This document shows positions 1 to 12,500 of a stretch of 64,000 bases of DNA, piece by piece (positions within the stretch are counted from its first letter, which is position 1; every line of letters begins with the position of its first letter). A program made the translations under genes and the position numbers. Under the pieces are notes generated by a model, which worked only from the letters and a program-made list of their open reading frames with translations, searched no databases and was not told the DNA's origin. Source of the stretch: the human T2T-CHM13v2.0 reference genome, Homo sapiens; NCBI RefSeq assembly GCF_009914755.1, contig NC_060925.1. One strand, 5' to 3'.

Positions 1-849
1 TTCTAATGGAAAGGAATGGAATCATCGCATAGAATCGAATGGAATTATCATCGAATGGAATCGAATGGTATCAACACCAAACGGAAAAAAACGGAATTAT
101 CGAATGGAATCGAAGAGAATCTTCGAACGGACCCGAATGGAATCATCTAATGGAATGGAATGGAATAATCCATGGACTCGAATGCAATCATCATCGAATG
201 GAATCGAATGGAATCATCGAATGGACTCGAATGGAATAATCATTGAACGGAATCGATTGGAATCATCATCGGATGGAAACGAATGGAATCATCATCGAAT
301 GGAAATGAAAGGAGTCATCATCTAATGGAATTGCATGGAATCATCATAAAATGGAATCGAATGGAATCAACATCAAATGGAATCAAATGGAATCATTGAA
401 CGGAATTGAATGGAATCGTCATCGAATGAATTGACTGCAATCATCCAATGGTCTCGAATGGAATCATCTTCAAATGGAATGGAATGGAATCATCGCATAG
501 AATCGAATGGAATTATCATCGAATGGAATCGAAGGGAATCAACATCCAACGGAAAAAAACGGAATTATCGAATGGAATCGAAGAGAATCATCGAATGGAC
601 CCGAATGGAATCATGTAATGGAATGGAAAGGAATAATCCATGGACTCGAATGCAATCATCATCGAATGGAATCGAATGGAATCATCGAATGGACTCGAAT
701 GGAATAATCATTGAACGGAATCGAATGGAATCATCATCGGATGGAAATGAATGGAATCATCATCGAATGGAATCGAATAGAATTATGGAATGAAATCCAG
801 TGTGATCATCATCGAATGGACCCGAATGGAATCATCATCCAACGGAAGC

Positions 850-860
850 TAATGGAATCA
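850..860 (+). promoter_or_regulatory. DUX4-type motif TAATGGAATCA (representative; at +440 of most B modules)
   Basis: Fits the reported DUX4 consensus TAAYBBAATCA, and DUX4 is known to bind and activate HSATII. Occupancy of this site cannot be shown from sequence. Confidence 0.55.
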
Positions 861-1717
861 ACATCGAATGAATCAAATGGAAACACCATCGAATTGAAAC
901 GAATGGAATTATCATGAAATTGAAATGGATGGACTCATCATCGAATGGATTCGAAAGGAATCATCGAATAAAATTGATTGAAATCATCATCGAATGGAAT
1001 CGAATGGTATCATTGAATGGAATCGAATGGAATCATCATCAGATGGAAATGAATGGAATCGTCATAGAATGGAATCGAATGGTTTCATTGAATGGAATCA
1101 GATGGAATCATCGAATGGACTGGAATGGAATCATTGAATGGACTCGATAGGGATCATTATTGAATGGAATTGAATGGAATCATCGAATGGTCTCGATTGG
1201 AATCATTATCAAATGGAATCGTATGGAATCACCGAATAGAATCGAATGGAACAATCATCGAATGGACTCAAATGGAATTATCCTCAAATGGAATCGAATG
1301 GAATTATCGAATGCAATCGAATGGAATTATCGAATGCAATCGAATAGAATCATCGAATGGACTCGAATGGAATCATCGAATGGAATGGAATGGAACAGTC
1401 AATGAACTCGAATGGAATCATCATTGAATGGAATCGAATGGAATCATCGAGTGGAATCGAATGGAATTATGATCAAATGGAATCGAATGTAATCATCATC
1501 AAATGGAATCAAAAATAACCATCATCAATTGGTATTGAATGGAATTGTCATCAAATGGAATTCAAAGGAATCATCATCAAATGGAACCGAATGGAATCCT
1601 CATTGAATGGAAATGAAAGGGGTCATCATCTAATGGAATCGCATGGAATCATCATAAAATGGAATCGAATGGAATCAACATCAAATGGAATCAAATGGAA
1701 TCATTGAACGGAATTGA

Positions 1718-2312
1718 ATGGAATCGTCATCGAATGAATTGGATGCAATCATCGAATGGTCTCGAATGGAATCTTCTTCAAATGGAATGGAATGGAATCA
1801 TCGCATAGAATCGAATGGAATTATCATCGAATGGAATCGAATGGAATCAACATCAAACGGAAAAAAACGGAATTATCGAATGGAATCGAAGAGAATCATC
1901 GAATGGACCCGAATGGAATCATCTAATGGAATGGAATGGAATAATCCATGGACTCGAATGCAATCATCATCAAATGGAATCGAATGGAATCATCGAATGA
2001 ACTCGAATGAAATCATCATTGAATGGAATCGAATGGAATCATCGAGTGGAATCGAATGGAATTATGATCAAATGGAATCGAATGTAATCATCATCAAATG
2101 GAATCAAAAATAACCATCATCAATTGGTATTCAATGGAATTGTCATCAAATGGAATTCAAAGGAATCATCATCAAATGGAACCGAATGGAATCCTCATTG
2201 AATGGAAATGAAAGGGGTCATCATCTAATGGAATCACGTGGAATCATCATCAAATGGAATCGAATGGAATCTTCATCAAATGGAATCTAATGGAATCATT
2301 GAACAGAATTGA
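1718..2312 (+). repeat. Module B with a 713-bp internal deletion (595 bp)
   Basis: Junction CATCG-AATG-AACTCG at 1991-2005 joins the equivalents of positions 688 and 1401 of the preceding intact B. Confidence 0.9.
2288..2298 (+). promoter_or_regulatory. DUX4-type motif TAATGGAATCA (representative; 25 bp before the end of most B modules)
   Basis: The same motif occurs in ATCTAATGGAATCATTGAACAG. The equivalent position in A is usually CAAATGGAATCA, which does not match. Confidence 0.55.
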
Positions 2313-4094
2313 ATGGAATCGTCATCGAATGAATTGAATGCAATCATCGAATGGTCTCGAATGGAATCATCTTCTAATGGAAAGGAATGGAAACATCGCA
2401 TAGAATCGAATGGAATTATCATCGAATGGAATCGAATGGTATCAACACCAAACGGAAAAAAACGGAATTATCGAAAGGAATCGAAGAGAATCTTCGAACG
2501 GACCCGAATGGAATCATCTAATGGAATGGAATGGAATAATCCATGGACTCGAATGCAATCATCATCGAATGGAATCGAATGGAATCATCGAATGGACTCG
2601 AATGGAATAATCATTGAACGGAATCGAATGGAATCATCATCGGATGGAAATGAATGGAATCATCATCGAATGGAATCGAATAGAATTATGGAATGAAATC
2701 CAGTGTGATCATCATCGAATGGACCCGAATGGAATCATCATCCAACAGAAGCTAATGGAATCAACATCGAATGAATCGAATGGAAACACCATCGAATTCA
2801 AACGAATGGAATTACCATGAAATTGAAATGGATGGACTCATCATCGAATGGATTCGGATGGAATCATCGAATAAAATTGATTGAAATCATCATCGAATGA
2901 AATCGAATGGTATCATTGAATGGAATCGAATGGAATCATCATCAGATGGAAATGAATGGAATCGTCATAGAATGGAATCGAATGGATTCATTGAATGGAA
3001 TCAGATGGAATCATCGAATGGACTGGAATGGAATCATTGAATGGACTCGAAAGGGATCATGATTGAATGGAATTGAATGGAATCATCGAATGGTCTCGAT
3101 TGGAATCATTATTAAATGGAATCGAATGGAATCACCGAATAGAATCGAATGGAACAATCATCGAATGGACTCAAATGGAATTATCCTTAAATGGAATCGA
3201 ATGGAATTATCGAATGCAATCGAATAGAATCATCGAATGGACTCGAATGGAATCATCGAATGGAATGGAATGGAACAGTCAATGAACTCGAATGGAATCA
3301 TCATTGAATGGAATCGAATGGAATCATCGAGTGGAATCGAATGGAATTATGATCAAATGGAATCGAATCTAATCATCATCAAATGGAATCAAAAATAACC
3401 ATCATCAATTGGTATTGAATGGAATTGTCATCAAATGGAATTCAAAGGAATCATCATCAAATGGAACCGAATGGAATCCTCATTGAATGGAAATGAAAGG
3501 GGTCATCATCTAATGGAATCGCATGGAATCATCATCAAATGGAATCGAATGGAATCATCATCAAATGGAATCTAATGGAATCATTGAACAGAATTGAATG
3601 GAATCGTCATCGAATGAATTGAATGCAATCATCGAATGGTCTCGAATGGAATCATCTTCTAATGGAAAGGAATGGAATCATCGCTTAGAATCGAATGGAA
3701 TTATCATCGAATGGAATCGAATGGTATCAACACCAAACGGAAAAAAACGGAATTATCGAATGGAATCGAAGAGAATCTTCGAACGGACCCGAATGGAATC
3801 ATCTAATGGAATGGAATGGAATAATCCATGGACTCGAATGCAATCATCATCGAATGGAATCGAATGGAATCATCGAATGGACTCGAATGGAATAATCATT
3901 GAACGGAATCGAATGGAATCATCATCGGATGGAAACGAATGGAATCATCATCGAATGGAAATGAAAGGAGTCATCATCTAATGGAATTGCATGGAATCAT
4001 CATAAAATGGAATCGAATGGAATCAACATCAAATGGAATCAAATGGAATCATTGAACGGAATTGAATGGAATCGTCATCGAATGAATTGACTGC

Positions 4095-4388
4095 AATCAT
4101 CGAATGATCTCGAATGTAATCACATTCTAATGGAAAGGAATGGAATCATCGCATAGAATCGAATGGAATTAACATTGAATGGACTCGAATGGAATCAACA
4201 TCAAACGGAATCAAGCGGAATTATCGAATGGAATCGAAGAGAATCATCGAATGGTCTCGAATGGAATCATCTTCTAATGGAAAGGAATGGAATCATCGCA
4301 TAGAATCGAATGGAATTAACATTGAATGGACTCGAATGGAATCAACATCAAATGGAATCAAGCGGAATTATCGAATGAAATCGAAGAG
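4095..4388 (+). repeat. 147-bp tandem duplication within the variant module A' (615 bp, 4066-4680)
   Basis: AATCATCGAATG recurs at 4095, 4242 and 4389. ATTAACATTGAATGGACTC and GGAATCAAGCGG each occur twice. Confidence 0.9.
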
Positions 4389-7300
4389 AATCATCGAATG
4401 GACTCGAATGGAATCATCTAATGGAATGGAATGGAATAATCCACGGACTCGAATGCAATCATCATCGTATAGAATCGAATGGAATCATCGAATGGACTCG
4501 AATGGAATAATCATTGAACGGAAGCGAATGGAATCATCATCGGATGGAAACGAATGGAATCATCATCGAATGGAAATGAAAGGAGTCATCATCTAATGGA
4601 ATTGCATGGAATCATCATAAAATGGAATCGAATGGAATCAAAATCAAATGGAATCAAATGTAATCATTGAACGGAATTGAATGGAATCGTCATCGAATGA
4701 ATTGACTGCAATCATCGAATGGTCTCGAATGGAATCATCTTCAAATGGAATGGAATGGAATCATCGCATAGAATCGAATGGAATTATCATCGAATGGAAT
4801 CGAATGGAATCAACATCAAACGGAAAAAAACGGAATTATCGAATGGAATCGAAGAGAATCATCGAATGGACCCGAATGGAATCATCTAATGGAATGGAAT
4901 GGAATAATCCATGGACTCGAATGCAATCATCATCGAATGGAATCGAATGGAATCATCGAATGGACTCGAATGGAATAATCATTGAACGGAATCGAATGGA
5001 ATCATCATCGGATGGAAATGAATGGAATCATCATCGAATGGAATCGAATAGAATTATGGAATGAAATCCAGTGTGATCATCATCGAATGGACCCGAATGG
5101 AATCATCATCCAACGGAAGCTAATGGAATCAACATCGAATGAATCGAATGGAAACACCATCGAATTGAACCGAATGGAATTATCATGAAATTGAAATGGA
5201 TGGACTCATCATCGAATGGATTCGAATGGAATCATCGAATAAAATTGATTGAAATCATCATCGAATGGAATCGAATGGTATCATTGAATGGAATCGAATG
5301 GAATCATCATCAGATGGAAATGAATGGAATCGTCATAGAATGGAATCGAATGGATTCATTGAATGGAATCAGATGGAATCATCGAATGGACTGGAATGGA
5401 ATCATTGAATGGACTCGAAAGGGATCATTATTGAATGGAATTGAATGGAATCATCGAATGGTCTCGATTGGAATCATTATCAAATGGAATCGAATGGAAT
5501 CACCGAATAGAATCGAATGGAACAATCATCGAATGGACTCAAATGGAATTATCCTCAAATGGAATGGAATGGAATTATCGAATGCAATCGAATGGAATTA
5601 TCGAATGCAATCGAATAGAATCATCGAATGGACTCGAATGGAATCATCGAATGGAATGGAATGGAACAGTCAATGAACTCGAATGGAATCATCATTGAAT
5701 GGAATCGAATGGAATCATCGAGTGGAATCGAATGGAATTATGATCAAATGGAATCGAATGTAATCATCATCAAATGGAATCAAAAATAACCATCATCAAT
5801 TGGTATTGAATGGAATTGTCATCAAATGGAATTCAAAGGAATCATCATCAAATGGAACCGAATGGAATCCTCATTGAATGGAAATGAAAGGGGTCATCAT
5901 CTAATGGCATCGCATGGAATCATCATCAAATGGAATCGAATGGAATCATCATCAAATGGAATCTAAAGGAATCATTGAACAGAATTGAATGGAATGGTCA
6001 TCGAATGAATTGAATGCAATCATCGAATGGTCTCGAATGGAATCATCTTCTAATGGAAAGGAATGGAATCATCGCATAGAATCGATTGGAATTATCATCG
6101 AATGGAATCGAATGGTATCAACACCAAACGGAAAAAAACGGAATTATCGAATGGAATCGAAGAGAATCTTCGAACGGACCCGAATGGAATCATCTAATGG
6201 AATGGAATGGAATAATCCATGGACTCGAATGCAATCATCATCGAATGGAATCGAATGGAATCATCGAATGGACTCGAATGGAATAATCATTGAACGGAAT
6301 CGAATGGAATCATCATCGGATGGAAACGAATGGAATCATCATCGAATGGAAATGAAAGGAGTCATCATCTAATGGAATTGCATGGAATCATCATAAAATG
6401 GAATCGAATGGAATCAACATCAAATGGAATCAAATGGAATCATTGAACGGAATTGAATGGAATCGTCATCGAATGAATTGACTGCAATCATCCAATGGTC
6501 TCGAATGGAATCATCTTCAAATGGAATGGAATGGAATCATCGCATAGAATCGAATGGAATTATCATCGAATGGAATCGAATGGAATCAACATCAAACGGA
6601 AAAAAACGGAATTATCGAATGGAATCGAAGAGAATCATCGAATGGACCCGAATGGAATCATCTAATGGAATGGAATGGAATAATCCATGGACTCGAATGC
6701 AATCATCATCGAATGGAATCGAATGGAATCATCGAATGGACTCGAATGGAATAATCATTGAACGGAATCGAATGGAATCATCATCGGATGGAAATGAATG
6801 GAATCATCATCGAATGGAATCGAATAGAATTATGGAATGAAATCCAGTGTGATCATCATCGAATGGACCCGAATGGAATCATCATCCAACGGAAGCTAAT
6901 GGAATCAACATCGAATGAATCAAATGGAAACACCATCGAATTGAAACGAATGGAATTATCATGAAATTGAAATGGATGGACTCATCATCGAATGGATTCG
7001 AATGGAATCATCGAATAAAATTGATTGAAATCATCATCGAATGGAATCGAATGGTATCATTGAATGGAATCGAATGGAATCATCATCAGATGGAAATGAA
7101 TGGAATCGTCATAGAATGGAATCGAATGGATTCATTGAATGGAATCAGATGGAATCATCGAATGGACTGGAATGGAATCATTGAATGGACTCGAAAGGGA
7201 TCATTATTGAATGGAATTGAATGGAATCATCGAATGGTCTCGATTGGAATCATTATCAAATGGAATCGAATGGAATCACCGAATAGAATCGAATGGAACA

Positions 7301-7764
7301 ATCATCGAATGGACTCAAATGGAATTATCCTCCAATGGAATGGAATGGAATTATCGAATGCAATCGAATGGAATTATCGAATGCAATCGAATAGAATCAT
7401 CGAATGGACTCGAATGGAATCATCGAATGGAATGGAATGGAACAGTCAATGAACTCGAATGGAATCATCATTGAATGGAATCGAATGGAATCATCGAGTG
7501 GAATCGAATGGAATTATGATCAAATGGAATCGAATGTAATCATCATCAAATGGAATCAAAAATAACCATCATCAATTGCTATTGAATGGAATTGTCATCA
7601 AATGGAATTCAAAGGAATCATCATCAAATGGAACCGAATGGAATCCTCATTGAATGGAAATGAAAGGGGTCATCATCTAATGGAATCGCATGGAATCATC
7701 ATCAAATGGAATCGAATGGAATCATCATCAAATGGAATCTAATGGAATCATTGAACAGAATTGA

Positions 7765-8232
7765 ATGGAATCGTCATCGAATGAATTGAATGCAATCATC
7801 GAATGGTCTCGAATGGAATCATCTTCTAATGGAAAGGAATGGAATCATCGCATAGAATCGAATGGAATTATCATCGAATGGAATCGAATGGTATCAACAC
7901 CAAACGGAAAAAAACGGAATTATCGAATGGAATCGAAGAGAATCTTCGAACGGACCCGAATGGAATCATCTAATGGAATGGAATGGAATAATCCATGGAC
8001 TCGAATGCAATCATCAACGAATGGAATCGAAGGGAATCATCGAATGGACTCGAATGGAATAATCATTGAACGGAATCGAATGGAATCATCATCGGATGGA
8101 AACAAATGGAATCATCATCGAATGGAAATGAAAGGAGTCATCATCTAATGGAATTGCATGGAATCATCATAAAATGGAATCGAATGGAATCAACATCAAA
8201 TGGAATCAAATGGAATCATTGAACGGAATTGA
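7765..8232 (+). repeat. Representative module A (468 bp)
   Basis: Starts ATGGAATCGTCATCGAATGAATTG, contains TCTAATGGAAAGG, ACACCAAACGG and GAAAGGAGTCATC. The next module starts 468 bp later (8233). Confidence 0.93.
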
Positions 8233-9540
8233 ATGGAATCGTCATCGAATGAATTGACTGCAATCATCGAATGGTCTCGAATGGAATCATCTTCAAATGG
8301 AATGGAATGGAATCATCGCATAGAATCGAATGGAATTATCATCGAATGGAATCGAATGGAATCAACATCAAACGGAAAAAAACGGAATTATCGAATGGAA
8401 TCGAAGAGAATCATCGAATGGACCCGAATGGAATCATCTAATGGAATGGAATGGAATAATCCATGGACTCGAATGCAATCATCATCGAATGGAATCGAAT
8501 GGAATCATCGAATGGACTCGAATGGAATAATCATTGAACGGAATCGAATGGAATCATCATCGGATGGAAATGAATGGAATCATCATCGAATGGAATCGAA
8601 TAGAATTATGGAATGAAATCCAGTGTGATCATCATCGAATGGACCCGAATGGAATCATCATCCAACGGAAGCTAATGGAATCAACATCGAATGAATCGAA
8701 TGGAAACACCATCGAATTGAAACGAATGGAATTATCATGAAATTGAAATGGATGGACTCATCATCAAATGGATTCGAATGGAATCATCGAATAAAATTGA
8801 TTGAAATCATCATCGAATGGAATCGAATGGTATCATTGAATGGAATCGAATGGAATCATCATCAGATGGAAATGAATGGAATCGTCATAGAATGGAATCG
8901 AATGGATTCATTGAATGGAATCAGATGGAATCATCGAATGGACTGGAATGGAATCATTGAATGGACTCGAAAGGGATCATGATTGAATGGAATTGAATGG
9001 AATCATCGAATGGTCTCGATTGGAATCATTATCAAATGGAATCGAATGGAATCACCGAATAGAATCGAATGGAACAATCATCGAATGGACTCAAATGGAA
9101 TTATCCTCAAATGGAATCGAATGGAATTATCGAATGCAATCGAATGGAATTATCGAATGCAATCGAATAGAATCATCGAATGGACTCGAATGGAATCATC
9201 GAATGGAATGGAATGGAACAGTCAATGAACACGAATGCAATCATCATTGAATGGAATCGAATGGAATCATCGAGTGGAATCGAATGGAATTATGATCAAA
9301 TGGAATCGAATGTAATCATCATCAAATGGAATCAAAAATAACCATCATCAATTGCTATTGAATGGAATTGTCATCAAATGGAATTCAAAGGAATCATCAT
9401 CAAATGGAACCGAATGGAATCCTCATTGAATGGAAATGAAAGGGGTCATCATCTAATGGAATCGCATGGAATCATCATCAAATGGAATCGAATGGAATCA
9501 TCATCAAATGGAATCTAATGGAATCATTGAACAGAATTGA
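8233..9540 (+). repeat. Representative module B (1308 bp)
   Basis: A-like first ~370 bp, followed by B-specific landmarks CCAGTGTGATC, GGAAGCTAATGG, ATAAAATTGATTG, GAAAGGGATC, AACAGTCAATG, CAAAAATAACC, GAATTCAAAGG and GAAAGGGGTC. The next module starts at 9541. Confidence 0.93.
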
Positions 9541-12500
9541 ATGGAATCGTCATCGAATGAATTGAATGCAATCATCGAATGGTCTCGAATGGAATCATCT
9601 TCTAATGGAAAGGAATGGAATCATCGCATAGAATCGAATGGAATTATCATCGAATGGAATCGAATGGTATCAACACCAAACGGAAAAAAACGGAATTATC
9701 GAATGGAATCGAAGAGAATCTTCGAACGGACCCGAATGGAATCATCTAATGGAATGGAATGGAATAATCCATGGACTCGAATGCAATCATCATCGAATGG
9801 AATCGAATGGAATCATCGAATGGACTCGAATGGAATAATCATTGAACGGAATCGAATGGAATCATCATCGGATGGAAACGAATGGAATCATCATCGAATG
9901 GAAATGAAAGGAGTCATCATCTAATGGAATTGCATGGAATCATCATCAAATGGAATCGAATGGAATCAACATCAAATGGAATCTAATGGAATCATTGAAC
10001 AGAATTGAATGGAATCGTCATCGAATGAATTGACTGCAATCATCGAATGGTCTCGAATGGAATCATCTTCTAATGGAAAGGAATGGAATCATTGCATAGA
10101 ATCGAATGGAATTATCATCGAATGGAATCGAATGGTATCAACACCAAACGGAAAAAAACGGAATTATCGAAAGGAATCGAAGAGAATCTTCGAACGGACC
10201 CGAATGGAATCATCTAATGGAATGGAATGGAATAATCCATGGACTCGAATGCAATCATCATCGAATGGAATCGAATGGAATCATCGAATGGACTCGAATG
10301 GAATAATCATTGAACGGAATCGAATGGAATCATCATCGGATGGAAATGAATGGAATCATCATCGAATGGAATCGAATAGAATTATGGAATGAAATCCAGT
10401 GTGATCATCATCGAATGGACCCGAATGGAATCATCATCCAACAGAAGCTAATGGAATCAACATCGAATGAATCGAATGGAAACACCATCGAATTCAAACG
10501 AATGGAATTACCATGAAATTGAAATGGATGGACTCATCATCGAATGGATTCGGATGGAATCATCGAATAAAATTGATTGAAATCATCATCGAATGGAATC
10601 GAATGGTATCATTGAATGGAATCGAATGGAATCATCATCAGATGGAAATGAATGGAATCGTCATAGAATGGAATCGAATGGATTCATTGAATGGAATCAG
10701 ATGGAATCATCGAATGGACTGGAATGGAATCATTGAATGGACTCGAAAGGGATCATGATTGAATGGAATTGAATGGAATCATCGAATGGTCTCGATTGGA
10801 ATCATTATTAAATGGAATCGAATGGAATCACCGAATAGAATCGAATGGAACAATCATCGAATGGACTCAAATGGAATTATCCTCAAATGGAATCGAATGG
10901 AATTATCAAATGCAATCGAATGGAATTATCGAATGCAATCGAATAGAATCATCGAATGGACTCGAATGGAATCATCGAATGGAATGGAATGGAACAGTCA
11001 ATGAACTCGAATGGAATCATCATTGAATGGAATCGAATGTAATCATCGAGTGGAATCGAATGGAATTATGATCAAATGGAATCGAATGTAATCATCATCA
11101 AATGGAATCAAAAATAACCATCATCAATTGGTATTGAATGGAATTGTCATCAAATGGAATTCAAAGGAATCATCATCAAATGGAACCGAATGGAATCCTC
11201 ATTGAATGGAAATGAAAGGGGTCATCATCTAATGGAATCGCATGGAATCATCATCAAATGGAATCGAATGGAATCATCATCAAATGGAATCTAATGGAAT
11301 CATTGAACAGAATTGAATGGAATCGTCATCGAATGAATTGAATGCAATCATCGAATGGTCTCGAATGGAATCATCTTCTAATGGAAAGGAATGGAATCAT
11401 CGCATAGAATCGAATGGAATTATCATCGAATGGAATCGAATGGTATCAACACCAAACGGAAAAAAACGGAATTATCGAATGGAATCGAAGAGAATCTTCG
11501 AACGGACCCGAATGGAATCATCTAATGGAATGGAATGGAATAATCCATGGACTCGAATGCAATCATCATCGAATGGAATCGAATGGAATCATCGAATGGA
11601 CTCGAATGGAATAATCATTGAACGGAATCGAATGGAATCATCATCGGATGGAAACGAATGGAATCATCATCGAATGGAAATGAAAGGAGTCATCATCTAA
11701 TGGAATTGCATGGAATCATCATAAAATGGAATCGAATGGAATCAACATCAAATGGAATCAAATGGAATCATTGAACGGAATTGAATGGAATCGTCATCGA
11801 ATGAATTGACTGCAATCATCGAATGGTCTCGAATGGAATCATCTTCAAATGGAATGGAATGGAATCATCGCATAGAATCGAATGGAATTATCATCGAATG
11901 GAATCGAATGGAATCAACATCAAACGGAAAAAAACAGAATTATCGTATGGAATCGAAGAGAATCATCGAGTGGACCAGAATGGAATCATCTAATGGAATG
12001 GAATGGAATAATCCATGGACTCGAATGCAATCATCATCGAATGGAATCGAATGGAATCATCGAATGGACTCGAATGGAATAATCATTGAACGGAATCGAA
12101 TGGAATCATCATCGGATGGAAATGAATGGAATCATCATCGAATGGAATCGAATAGAATTATGGAATGAAATCCAGTGTGATCATCATCGAATGGACCCGA
12201 ATGGAATCATCATCCAACGGAAGCTAATGGAATCAACATCGAATGAATCGAATGGAAACACCATCGAATTGAAACGAATGGAATTATCATGAAATTGAAA
12301 TGGATGGACTCATCATCGAATGGATTCGAATGGAATCATCGAATAAAATTGATTGAAATCATCATCCAATGGAATCGAATGGTATCATTGAATGGAATCG
12401 AATGGAATCATCATCAGATGGAAATGAATGGAATCGTCATAGAATGGAATCGAATGGATTCATTGAATGGAATCAGATGGAATCATCGAATGGACTGGAA

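Noticed and set aside
966-971. AATAAA polyadenylation-like hexamer once per B module
   Set aside because: It is expected by chance in A-rich sequence. There is no downstream GU-rich element and no transcript evidence.
4095-4388. The 147-bp duplication equals nucleosome core DNA length
   Set aside because: It is fully explained as 3 x (23+26) monomers from one ancestral event, and a nucleosome repeat would include linker DNA.
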